DNA of 64,000 bases from Paecilomyces variotii. Its lineage: Eukaryota. Positions 27,901 through 39,966 of the stretch are shown piece after piece. Made by a program: the position numbers and the translations under genes. Position 1 is the first letter of the stretch. Every line of letters begins with the position of its first letter. The stretch lies in the NCBI GenBank assembly GCA_004022145.1, contig RCNU01000003.1, one strand, 5' to 3'. A model generated the notes under the pieces. The model ran no database searches. It was not told the origin of the DNA and saw only the letters and a program-made list of their open reading frames with translations.

Positions 27901-28670
27901 GATGACGACCTTGATAAAGTACACAGAGTCTTGATAAAGGAAGCAGAATTCTGATAAAGGAAGCAATGCCTTAATCAACTTGGATAGTCCGTGAACTTCC
28001 AATGGTCCTAAGAAGCTGAATTCCTATCCTCTGGTCAGAGGAGTAATTAAACACACTGATTACTGAGGCGGTAAAGTGTTAAATACCTACCTAGGTACCT
28101 TGGGTAGGTAGGTAGGTAGGTACCTAGGCATGGGATCCTGTTGGAGCCTGCCTACAGGCAGACCTCCTGTCGGGTTTCTCCCACGCCTTCGAGCTCCACC
28201 CACAGAGATAAATAGGCTGAGCTAGTTGCTGGAGAATTCAAGCTCAGAAAAGGAAAGTTAAGTAGTGGATCCTCTACCCAATTCCACGTTGCCTGATCCA
28301 AGCTTCACTATGATGTACGGTGATGCCAAGAAGGTCTCGATGAATATAGAAAATACTAGGAGACCGGGATTCGAATCCATTCACCGACTCGAGATTGTAT
28401 ACCAATTTGACTTTTATTCACATAGCCCCCCTTACGGACCTTTCCTTCTCTTATCTAGCCTCCGGGCTCCCGCCAGCACTAAGCTTTACCTATATATCGG
28501 AGCAGAGCTTAACCCAGACTTGCTTTCCAAGGTTGCATGCAGTCTATATACGTAATACCATAGCTTACCTCCCTATACCCCATGGGAGCTCGACCAGGGA
28601 TACAGGCGAATGCCTGTGTCCCGCCGGACATCAACTAATACCACTACGCGAGCAGGTAGAAGCTTCAACG

Positions 28671-29837
28671 ATGTCGAATTTGTCTGAATTTCCCGTTATA
28701 TCAGCCGAAGATAGGGCAGATTTGAAGCGCCACGCTATAGACCGCGTGCAGAGATATGTCCCTGCAGGCCGCAGTCTGGACAAACTGCTGGTGCCTGCGC
28801 TACTGGCCTCCCTGGAATTCCTTGGATCAGGGATATCTCAAGCATCGATGATGATACAAAGCTGTACGAACATTTTGAGTATATTTACCAGTCACTATTC
28901 CTCCCAAGTTAGTTTGACCTCTTTTATCGATGGGGTATCTCCTGATAGTCATATACAGTGAGGACTATTCTTAGAAAGTTATTTATTCCCGAGTCCCCCG
29001 TCCAGCTGTATTAAGAACAGGCTGAGAAAATCGCCTCCGATCTATCTTCTCCTGCCAAGCGAGAATAGGAGACACGCAAGAATACACTAAAGAGAGACGG
29101 TAGACAATGTGTGATCACCAAGAGAATGCTAAGGAAGGACTGGAAAGATGCTGGTAAACCTAGCGGGGAAACGCCCTCGAATCTAGAAGTGGCCCATATC
29201 ATTCCTTTTATTTACGGGCCCCACAAAAATCAAAATGTATGTATCTATTTTGGGGTTTTGGATCAGTTTACTGTGCTGATATATCTTATAGCCTTCGGAT
29301 AAGTATGCCACACGGCGATGGACCTGCCTATATCATTACTTCCCAGTACTCCACGGGAAGATTTATGCCGAGAAAATAAACGACCCGTTGAACACTATCA
29401 CCTTGGCAAGCTACATTCATAAGGAGTTCGGAGAATTCAACATCGCGCTGAGGCCTACGGTACGTATAAATATTAGAGATCCATATTTATTCGCCTACAT
29501 ATATAGATACTAATAAGATTCCGTTATTCCAGGGATTTTCAAATGAATATGAAGTGAATGTCTATGATGGCTTCGATGATGTCTTCTCACCTCTGTTGCC
29601 GAAGGATAGATTACTACGGCTCAGTATCAGTCCAGGAAACGAGGATATCAAGCTTCCCGATCCCAACTTTCTGGACACATACTACAGGCTTGCGGAGATA
29701 TTCCATGCCAGTAGAATAGACGAAGAGATCGATCGTCATATCCAAGATTTTAAAGATCTCACCTGCTTGGCTGAGGACGGGTCTACAAATATAAACCAGC
29801 TTCTTACCATCTGACTTGCCACTGCTATATCCTCCTG
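28671..29837 (+). pseudogene. HNH endonuclease (fungal HNH_2 type) pseudogene
   Basis: RDGRQCVIT, LEVAHIIPF, INDPLNTITLASYIHKEFGEF, LPDPNFLDTYYRLAEIFHAS; frameshift near 28825, in-frame TAG near 29066, premature TGA at 29812. Confidence 0.75.
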
Positions 29838-29880
29838 AACAGAAGTAAATTCACACGCCTTCATTTACAAAATAAATAAT

Positions 29881-31045
29881 CTAAATCTTCGCCTTGAGCT
29901 CCTCGTAGAGAGCCTTAAGCTTGTCCATATCAGTGGCCTGGGCGGGCCAGCCAATTCCAAGACCTTCGGTTTCGTTGGGCTTGGGGATCTGTGGAAACAA
30001 GAATCAGCGATTAGTATCTTCTTGCTTCATGTGCGCCCATATAGGGGGCCTTGGTCTGACGGGGATGCTGTAGCTGAGGTCGGGCAGTTTGCGAAAGGGG
30101 TGTCACGTTTAGGTCAGTGAGATTGGAAAGGAATCAACGTACCACATGGAAGTGAACCTGTAGATTTTCAAATTAGAACCACCATTCTTCCTAAAAGATC
30201 GAGAGTTGGATAAAAAAGGGGAAAGACTCACATGGTCAACGACCTGGTGCGCCGGGCGACCGTTGTTCTGCAGGACGTTGTAGTTCTCTGCACCGCTGGC
30301 AACGGCGATCTTCTTCGCGATCGGCTACATTCCAAAACAGGGTAGGTTATGCGTTAGCCCGAGCCATTCCCAAAGGTCCGGGTGGTCTTGTGTGCCGTCC
30401 TCAAGGTACGCGCCATATGCGGAGATGGGGTATTTAGGGATCGGATGGTCCGGGGCTTAATCGATCGACTCAGAACGTACCAGAATCTCTCGCAGGTCGT
30501 CGTCAGGGATATCAGTCAACTTGGCGCCGTGGAACTTGGGGATGACGAGCTAAGAAGTTCTTTTGTTAGTCTCTTCTTCTTTGGACATTTATTGACCAGG
30601 ATATTCGAGATTATTGATCCCGTCTCAGGGAACAATTGTGGTTTTAACGAAAGAGAAGCATATCGGGCCAGGCGTCTTGTATTTGGACATTGGACGATAG
30701 AAGACAGGGTTCCGAACAAAGCAATGGGCTATAAGGGGAGGCTTCAATGAGAAGAGAAACTTACCGCGTGACCGCGACTCAGAGGTTGGATATCCAAGAA
30801 TGCAAAGACCTTGTCATTCTCGAAGAGTTTAAAGGACGGGATGTCGCCTGCAATTCTCCATATATCAGTCTCATGGCGTAACTACTATGATGTCTCACAA
30901 CAAGAAGACCCGTGAGCTCGAACTGATGGTGACATTGCATTGTCGGGGATGTTCAAAACAAAAGGGTAGAAACAATAAGAGATATGTAACAGGGATATCA
31001 ATTACCCTTGATAATCTTGCAGAAAATGCACGCAGCAGCCGACAT
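29881..31045 (-). CDS. HNT1: Histidine-triad nucleotide-binding protein Hnt1 (HINT1), 6 exons
   Basis: CIFCKIIKGDIPS, FLDIQPLSRGHALVIPK, YNVLQNNG..AHQVVDHVHFHVIPKP..GLGIGWP; 15-nt exon at 30157-30143. Confidence 0.95.
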
Positions 31046-32352
31046 GATGAATTTACAGTATAGGATGTTTTGGGATCTCACTTGAAGGAAAGGAATCAAC
31101 CGGATGGCGGTGATGCGGGGTGGACTTAAAAGGCCGATGAGGGGAATGCGCGTCGGAGAAAGGGCAATAATGTGAGATGGGTGATCGAAAAAAAGAATCC
31201 GACCGAGGCAGAGGGCGGAATCGAACTGGTGCCACTGGCTGCTCGGGAAGGGTACTTAAGTCACTTTAGGGGTTTCCTGTGTGAGGAGTGGGACGACCTA
31301 GCTCAGAATCCATTTCTTGCCTTTTACCAGAGATGGCCGTGGGTCGCCCACAAAACTCCTCTTCAGCAATCTTTGGAATCCTACTGTCGACACAGCAGTC
31401 GATAATTTTATTGTTTTTGTTTTTTATTCTTGTAGTCTAGTGTCTGGAGATATGCTTTCTTTTTTCTTGATTTTCAATTAGGCGTATTTGGAAAGATATG
31501 CAACATTTTGTGTTCTCGGGTGCGTGCCGATAATTGAAAAAACTCCGTGTGATTATGACTCTATACTACATACAGTCCAACACAGAACAGAGACGACAAT
31601 AGACCATATGACTGGACACTGTGCCAATATGAATCCATTTTCTAAAACCTAGTGTTCCAATTTACGTGTTTTCTTCCTCCTCTAGTACCGGGACATAGAT
31701 AAAAAGAGGTTCTTTGGCTTCTCAAAAGCTTCAGCTGCAAGGACGCAAGCCGAGTCTGGATTATTAAACACTATATCTAACTACTGCCGTTGCCTGATGG
31801 CTGGTAGCCCTCCTGTCACTGTACTTTAGGCTATGTTCCAAAATGAATTTTTTTTTCCGTTCCAATACGTCCACAGACCGCATCTGGATTCTCGTATATC
31901 TAAACATCGCAAATCCAACTATTTCTCTCGAAAGCACTAATCGATAACTAGTCTAGGTATTGCATAAAGTACAATCGTCCACAGGATGGATATTGTTCTC
32001 CTGCCTTTCCTCCATACGCGTGAGATCAATAATAGAGGGTCCTAGTAGAAGTATCTTGCCTGGGGAGCTGGATGATACCATGACGTTCCGTATTTACTAA
32101 GAACATCACTATCTTCTATATACATTTAAATTGTCTGCCTTTCTACAGTAGAGATATAGCGCCCAGTCTGTGACTTTTACGGTTATTTTGCAGTTGCTAT
32201 ATGTTGATTTTCTCGAAATACTTCGCAAAGGTTTCGTAGGGGACTGAATTACAGCTAAGTATTTTATTTCCCATAAATCGATATGTGCCCTAAAACATCA
32301 AGCCTTCGAGTACTGGCTCAGTTCTTGACGCCCTAAACGGTTAAGGATAGTT

Positions 32353-33101
32353 TCAAATCCTGCTATATTCGGGCAAAGCCCATTTCACCATCCATTCCGT
32401 TTTAAGAACCTGCTGGGCAGGGGGTTGGTTCTCGGGCTAGAATAAGAGCATAGACCTTAATATAGCAGAGACAGCATCTCTTTCCGCCGGATTAAAGGAT
32501 GACAGCCTGCTTCCTCGCCATAGTTACTATATATAGTCCTTAAAATAATCCGCCTATAACTGATAAGGATTATAGTTTATTAGAATACTATCCTCTATAA
32601 ACCTCTCTTATTGCGGCTCCTACTTTAGCCACTATTTCAGTGGTAAAATACTAAAAGCATTAATATACTCGCAGGTTATATTGTCTTCTGTTGCCATAAA
32701 TCCTCTAAATAGTAGTCTTTAAGCAATAATAGCCCAGATAATATAGGCGAGCGTCCAAATATCTGAAGAGAAAGACAGAGGCTTTGTTGGTTCAAATCGC
32801 GCCTCTAGGGGACGGGGCACGAGATTTATACTTCGGCTCCTTTAAAGGCCAAAATGCCTCGCCAGAATCTATAAGCAAGATCCTAGCTTCTAAGAGGGTG
32901 ATTTTATCGCTCGCTTCTCTAAGCCATAGGTATTAATATAATGCCATAGGGTGGGACACTCAGCAGAAGAGGCTTATTATCAAAATAAGCCACCGGCTCC
33001 ATCTCCAGTGCTCTATATTCCTAATAGAGTCTTTCTACTGAGAGATGATTAAAGTCGGATGGCAATCAGAGAAGAACGTTGCCAAGGTGAAGGTCTCCAT
33101 A
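32353..33101 (-). pseudogene. Mutated and truncated Ser/Thr kinase pseudogene (SRPK-like fungal family)
   Basis: Hand translation gives YGDLHLGNVLL*, ARILLIDSGEAF, PLEARFEPTKPLSFSSDIWTLAY, E*WLK*, AQQVLKTEWMVKWALPEY; multiple stops consistent with transitions; N-lobe not found. Confidence 0.8.
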
Positions 33102-33496
33102 AGTAGGTATTTTTATTACCTGGAACTGTATTCTAAGTTCCACACCATCATTAACCGCTTTGAAGCCTCATCTAGGCGGCAAATTATCCGAACCCTGATA
33201 TGCAATCACGTGGAGATAAATGTCAAGTACTATACTGGCCGTTATCGCCAGTATCGGCTAACCTACTTATCGAGACGGCCGTCCAATGTTACGAGCTTGT
33301 ATGTATCGGCCAACAAGATGAGGGGAACGGATGAGGGGTTTCGATAAGCAGAACGTCCGTTCCTGTCCTGGCGATGCATATCTTATCATCTTCGTGCGCT
33401 GGGCAACGGAGGCCCCCGCAAAGTTGATTTGATGTTCACTACCGGTATATAAGAAGGGAGAGATACAGCTCATTTAACTCCCCCCTCGTGAGCGAT

Positions 33497-35208
33497 ATGG
33501 TGCCCTTTGCGTTCGGACGCTCTACGCTGCTTTCAAGTTGCAGCTTGTCAACTAGAAGATCTGCCCTTCAATCCCAGCAACAGGTTCCGTTTCCTCGAAT
33601 TAGACAGTTCTCTTCGTCTTTGCGGCTCGCTATGTTGACTACTGAATTGTCGGAAGCCCAAGTGTCGGCGTTGAGGGCCAATAAAGAGCGATTGGCGAAG
33701 GACCTGCACCATAGCTGCCAATGGGGCTCAGGTATACGATGGGGAGAGTAAGTTACAATTTCCTATTAACAGAATATTATCTGAGAGTATATACAAGTAT
33801 TGGTTGTCCGATTCATGTAACTAGCCATTCTAATGGTTTTCGGAGACTGGATCTGAGTGAAGCAAGGTCTAATATCGCTAACTCTAACGCAGCGGTCCAA
33901 CGGACACTGGAATGCAACGTCTTGCCTTATCTGAGGATGACAAGAAAGTCCGCGATTGGTTCATCGAGACGACCAAGGCACTTGGTTGTAACATCACCAT
34001 CGACGAGATGGGCAACATCTTCGCTGTTCGACCAGGAAAGAGAAAGGATGTGCCCGCTACATTCATCGGAAGCCATCTCGACACGCAGCCCACTGGTGGT
34101 AGATACGATGGTATCCTCGGGGTGTTAGCAGGCATTGAAACGTTGAAGGTCATGGAGGAGATGGGACTGGAAACTGAAGGGGGCGTTGGAGTTGTGAATT
34201 GGACGAAGTAAGAGCATTGTTCTGTCCGCGTGATTCTAACGCACAGCTCGCTAACTAGCTCATAGCGAAGAAGGTGCTCGATTCCCCGTTAGTATGATAT
34301 GTTCAGGTGTATGGGCTGGCTTTATACCTCTTGACCAGGCGCATGCACTCAAGGAAGTTCCAACAGTTGCTTCTCTACCTACGGCAGCTTCAGCTCCCGA
34401 GACTATGAAGTCTGCCCTGGAAAAGATCAATTATCTGGGAACGGTACCGTGCTCATATAAAGAAACCCCTATGGCCGCGCACTTTGAACTGCACATTGAG
34501 CAGGGTCCACACCTCGTGTCTGCCGGTCAGCGCGTTGGTGTCGTGACGGCGGTACAGGCCTACCGCTGGTATCGTCTCAAAGTCATCGGACGGGATACAC
34601 ACACAGGAACGACGGCATTCCAACACCGCGCGGACGCACTTTACGCCTTTTCCCGTATGATGGTGCGTGCCAGGGAAATCGCCGATAGTCATGGTTGTCT
34701 GGCCAGTGTTGGTATCATAGACGTGAAGCCGGGCAGTGTAAATACTGTTCCCGGGCTAGTAAACTTCTCACTGGATGTGCGAGGGCCGGAGACAGAGCTC
34801 GTCGCGACTGTGGAAGCTGAGCTGAAGAAGGAGTTTGATGGTATTGCGGCAGAGGAAGGCAAAGGGATCGGAAAGCCGTGCCGCGTGGAGTGGACGCTTG
34901 ACTTCGACTCTCCAGCAGTCAAGTTCCACGACGACTGTATCGCATGTGTCCAAGAGTCGGCAGAGGCTGTCGTCGCTGATGCTGGCGTGGCTGACTCCAA
35001 GTCACTTGTTCGCACAATTATGAGCGGTGCTGGTCATGATAGTGTCTTCACCTCGAAGAGAGTCCCAACTAGCATGGTCTTTGTTCCTTGCAAGGACGGC
35101 CTGAGCCATCACCCAGAGGAGTTTTGCTCCGCGGATGACTGCGCCACTGGCGCTTCAGTTATTCTACAGGCTGTGGTGAGATATGACCGCAAGAGATTCC
35201 AGTCATAA
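33497..35208 (+). CDS. M20-family N-carbamoyl-amino-acid amidohydrolase (beta-alanine synthase/Pyd3-like), 3 exons
   Basis: GSHLDTQPTGGRYDGILGV, VNWTNEEGARF, HFELHIEQGP, HTGTT, SGAGHDS, GLSHHPEE. Confidence 0.92.
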
Positions 35209-35544
35209 AAGGGAAGATTTCCGAGCCAACACGGAGGAATTCTGTACATAGTTCTGACCGTCCATATCCATAAAAGCTTCATTGAGGTTAGTTGAAAGAT
35301 GGGGAGCCTAGTCTACTTTTGAGGAAGCACAATTGAGTGATGAATATCCTGCCATTGATCTAGCTACCTCGTAACATGATAAATGGCTATCATAAAATTT
35401 CATTCCCCATATTATTTTTTCTTTTTTATTCCTCTTTGATGCGCACGGTGAGGTCAAGGGACCAGATGCAACTACATCCGAAATGTCCCAACACACGTAC
35501 CGACATCATTTAAGGCCATCGCAAGACGATCAAACAAGAACCGC

Positions 35545-36248
35545 TTACGAAGGAGGAGCGGGACGGCCACGGCCGAATCCGCCACGGAAAGAAGGAGCGA
35601 ACTCGCCAGGGGCACCACCCTCCTTGCCCTCCTCACGGCGGCGGTAGCCTCCCTCACGGGGACCACCACGGCCACCAGGGCGGCGCTCGCGCTCCTCACC
35701 ACCGAGCATACCACGAGGGGGAGCGTGAGAACGCTGCTGCTTGATGTGGGTGGCAGGGACGATCTCAGCGGGCAGGTGAAGCCATTCGCGGAGGTAGTCG
35801 AGACCCTCGGGGGTGAGGGTGTAGTAGTAGTACTGCCACGAGAAGCGGGTCTTGAGGTAACCGCGGGAGGTGAGAGACTGGCAGGCCTTGATCACCTATT
35901 GATTTCCATGTATGTTAGATCGAATAGTTCGATGAGTTGAGGGCGCGCAAACGCTGCATCGGGTAGCCTTACGTAGAGGTTCTTGGTGTCAATGTCGCCA
36001 TGCTTGGGAAGGTTGAAGTCCTTCTTGGCGACGAGCACACCCTCTATTGAACGAATGTCAGCAATGTTGACAATAAGGGTATTCAGATAGTTCAATCAGA
36101 AAAGACGCGCCGTCTAAGTGTTCACATACCGCGGAAGAGGTACTCGTGGATCGCCTTGCGGTCGGCCTTGGGAATAAGCCTGGCGATAGTGTCAGTCTCG
36201 GCCACATTCAGAACGAAGCAACACTCCAAATATATTTCACACGTACAT
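35545..36248 (-). CDS. RPS10: 40S ribosomal protein S10 (eS10), 4 exons; start codon split by the first intron
   Basis: [32 protein letters not shown]...[36 protein letters not shown]-rich tail. Confidence 0.97.
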
Positions 36249-36615
36249 TGTCGCGAGTTCCTGGCGTTATTCGGGGAATCGCTCAGACAACGCTAGGGGA
36301 TGATTTGGTTGACGGGTTTGGTTGTAGACGGAGCGAAGCTATCAAGTAAAAGTGCGATATTGATCGATCGCTCTGCTAGGGTAAGGACCCTAATCTGCAG
36401 GCTAGTCCTGATATGGATACGATCACGTGATATGGTTCCAGCCGCGCCAAGACTCAGATCTCCGTCACTCTCGCCTCCAGGTGATCTTATCAACTCCGCA
36501 TCACCACGACGAAGACAGCGTTGGTGGCATAATCACTCGCGGTCACGTCCGTGTATACATACACAAGAATACCTCTGCTAAACACACGCTACCTGCCAAG
36601 GCAGGATCAACCGCT

Positions 36616-37545
36616 ATGATGGCGCAAACAATCAACGTTCTGCTCTCCTCTTTCCCAGGACTGTCCTTACCACCGACACTCTCGATCTCTCTGCCTTCGA
36701 CATCGACCATTTCCGATGTGACCGAGAAAATCGCTTCTTACCTACCCGCGTCTCTGAGCGCTCAGTCCTTGATCCTCACGACTACGAGCAACAAACAGTT
36801 GTCTCCATCCTCAGAATCATTACTCTCGCTCCTCCCCAGACACGATGACTCTACTAAAGTATCGAACTTTCTGCCACTACGACTTACCGTCCCTTTGTGC
36901 GGAGGTAAGGGAGGTTTCGGTTCTCAGCTGCGTGCCGCTGGTGGCCGTATGTCTAGCAAGCGAAAGCGCAACCAAGGCGACAACAATGGATCCAACCGCA
37001 ATCTTGATGGACGACGCTTGCGCACCGTCAATGAAGCAAAAGCACTCGCTGAGTACCTTGCAGTGAAACCTGAGATGGAGAAGAAAGAGAAGGAAGAGCG
37101 CAGGCGCCGATGGCAGGCGATCGTGGAAGCAGCTGAAAAGCGGGAGGAAGAGTTGAAGAATGGTGGGGGAAGGGCCAAGATCGATGGTCAGTGGATGGAG
37201 GATAAGGACGAGATGAGCGAAAAGGCGCGAGAGGCCGTCCTGCAGGCGATGAAGGATGGAATGTGGAAAGACAATCTCCGTGATGCGCTCCTGGGAGGAT
37301 CAAGCACCAGTGCTAGTGAAGGCAGCGGAAGCGGTTCGCCTGCTAGTTCGAGTGAAGAGAGCGAGGATGAGGATATGGAAGAGCCGGCAGCGGACGCAGC
37401 AGGCCCGTCTGAACCTCAACCAAAGCCTGTCGCCAGGAAATTCTTCGGTTTTGACGACGAAGATGAAGAGTTCATGAGCGACAGCGACGAAGAGAGTGGG
37501 AAGGAAGAAGACGAATCTGCTGGTAAGGGAAAGGGACGAGCTTGA
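36616..37545 (+). CDS. SDE2: Sde2, ubiquitin-fold-activated splicing/silencing factor
   Basis: N-terminal UBL ending in LCGG|KGGFGSQLRA, NRNLDGRRLRTVNEAK, acidic tail. Confidence 0.9.
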   Translation: MMAQTINVLLSSFPGLSLPPTLSISLPSTSTISDVTEKIASYLPASLSAQSLILTTTSNKQLSPSSESLLSLLPRHDDSTKVSNFLPLRLTVPLCGGKGGFGSQLRAAGGRMSSKRKRNQGDNNGSNRNLDGRRLRTVNEAKALAEYLAVKPEMEKKEKEERRRRWQAIVEAAEKREEELKNGGGRAKIDGQWMEDKDEMSEKAREAVLQAMKDGMWKDNLRDALLGGSSTSASEGSGSGSPASSSEESEDEDMEEPAADAAGPSEPQPKPVARKFFGFDDEDEEFMSDSDEESGKEEDESAGKGKGRA

Positions 37546-37916
37546 TTCTACAATGGTGGGAAATTTCATGACTATGGTTGGCAACGGCGTTTTTCTGGGG
37601 GATTTGGGCTCTACTGTACAGCAAGCTTTAGATTGCATTGTGTAATGTGTGCAATGAGAGAATCGTTATTTAATTGACAAATTGAACTGCTTAAGACTTG
37701 AATACATTTCCGGACAGTTGTTGCATGTCCTGAACGCTCTCAAGACCAGTACAGTAAGTAGTTGACTAGTCCCCATAGTCTGTAGTTCGAGGCAATGTTC
37801 TGATTCGCCACTCGCACCAAATTCTTACGGCGGCCGATACATGCCATGAGAGCTATCGATTTCTAGTACCGCAAGCTCTCCGCGGAGGTTTGTTTGAGCT
37901 GCAACATTTTCACATC

Positions 37917-39966
37917 ATGTTTCTGTGCCCCAGATGCATTGTTTCAAAGTCCATAAGACCAAACATTCGCGGTCTTTTATTACCTACTTCCTTTCAGCGG
38001 CCGCTGTCGACATTGTCGACTAGGACGCCCCGTTTAACCCGTCAACCTTTAATCGCAAGCCGTCGCAATTTCCAAGCTACTGCGAGACAGTCAGATGCGT
38101 CGATAGAAACTCAACCGCCACCAAACAAGCCGCTAGATTTGGATAAAGAGCTGCTCCCGATATGTTGCCCAGGCTGTGGCGCATATTCTCAGACGATAGA
38201 CCCGAACGAACCTGGGTACTATAGCATGACAAGGAAGGAGACTCGCAAGCTTTTGAATAAAACGAAACGTCTCGCTGAGGAGAAGGATAAACTGCTGCTG
38301 TCGCCTGCGATAGAAACTTCAACCGGGAATCAGGATGCTGCTTCCGAGCCTGGAGCAAAAGCGGTCGAGAATAATGTACCTAAACCTGCCCGTAAGTACA
38401 TACTTTTCCCTTGATTATTTGGATTGGTCTTTTCTCTAACTAGAAACTATAGACGGTGCTCTAGTGAAAGAAGATGTGGTTGTTGCAAATGCCAGCCGCT
38501 ACGCTGAAGAAACCTCGATACCCTCGCCGGTTTGCGACAGATGCCATAACCTCGTTCATCATAACCAAGGTGTCGCAGCACCGGCGCCCACAATATACTC
38601 CATCCGCGAGCTGCTCGACGAATCTCCACATAGACGCAATCGCGTTTACCATGTCATCGATGCGGCTGACTTCCCGATGTCCCTGATACCGAACATATAC
38701 GATGCGCTTTCCCTGCAGGGTCAGCGCTCGAAGAATCGTAGGGCGAAAACCACGAAGTATGTCTCCGGAAAACTACAAACCACGATAAGCTTCATTATTA
38801 CACGGTCAGATTTGCTGGCTGCTACCAAGGAGCAAGTGGACTCGAAGATGAACTACATACGGGATGTGCTGCTCAATGCTCTTAATCAAGATAAAGAGGA
38901 TATCCGTTTCGGCAACGTCCATATGATCAGTGCCCATCGGGGCTGGTGGACAAAGTCAGTTAAAGACGAGATCAGAGAACATGGGGGCGGTATCTGGGTG
39001 GTGGGTAAAGCTAATGTAGGGAAGAGCAGCTTCATCGAAGTCTGCTTCCCGAAGGACTCAAAGAACCTAGAAAAACTGGCAGACCTCTTGGAGCGCGATC
39101 CGCAGCAATTCCTCAATTCCGCACAAAATAACGAGCTTCCCCTACCAGACGAAGACAGTTTGTTGCCTCCAGCACCTCGTGAAGATCTATATCCTACACT
39201 TCCAGTTGTTTCGTCGCTGCCTGGAACGACAGTGTCACCAATTCGGATCCCATTCGGACACGGCAGGGGAGAGATGATCGACTTGCCAGGCCTTGAGCGT
39301 GAAAGCTTGCAGGAGTATGTCCGTGAAGAATATAAATCGGATCTCATCATGACCAAGCGTGTGAAGCCTGAGCGGATCACCATAAAACCTGGCCAATCAC
39401 TTCTTCTTGGTGGAGGGCTCATCCGAATCACACCTGTTGATGTTGATGATGTCGTGATGGCCGCTTGCTTCTTGCCTATCGAAGCTCATGTTACCAGAAC
39501 AGAGAAAGCTATCGAGGTCCAGGCCGGTGCGCGGGCGTACGCTGGCACGAACATCATCAAAGAAGAGGCCAAAGCCACCATATCGTCCGCTGGGATCTTC
39601 GAACTCAAGTGGGATGTGACCGATAGCCATCTTCCCCGGTCAGCCAAGAAACTCCTGGAGGATCAGGGTATCCCGCCTCCTCCACTTCCGTATAAGGTCT
39701 TGTCAGCAGATATTCTTATTGAAGGATGTGGCTGGCTTGAACTCACCTCACAAATCCGAGCCAGAACGACACCGGGGGTGTCTAAAGGATTTCCGAGAGT
39801 CGAGATCTTCAGCCCACGCGGAAAACACGTCGGGACTCGATCTCCGATGGAGGCTTACGAGTTCATCGCCCAAAAGAAAGTCTCAGATAAAAGGAAGAAA
39901 GGCACCCGTCCGGCTAGGCAGAACATCAGTCAAAAGAAGCGGGCAAGCCATGCGTCTAAACTTTGA
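37917..39966 (+). CDS. GEP3: Mitochondrial circularly permuted GTPase Gep3/Mtg3, 2 exons
   Basis: CCPGCG...CDRCH zinc motif, IDAADFP, TRSD (G4), ISA, GKANVGKS (G1), PGTT, DLPG; Arg-rich presequence. Confidence 0.88.

Noticed and set aside
25700-33300. Possible Starship or other large mobile element
   Set aside because: No tyrosine-recombinase captain, transposase or terminal repeats were seen, and the core gene HNT1 sits between the accessory patches
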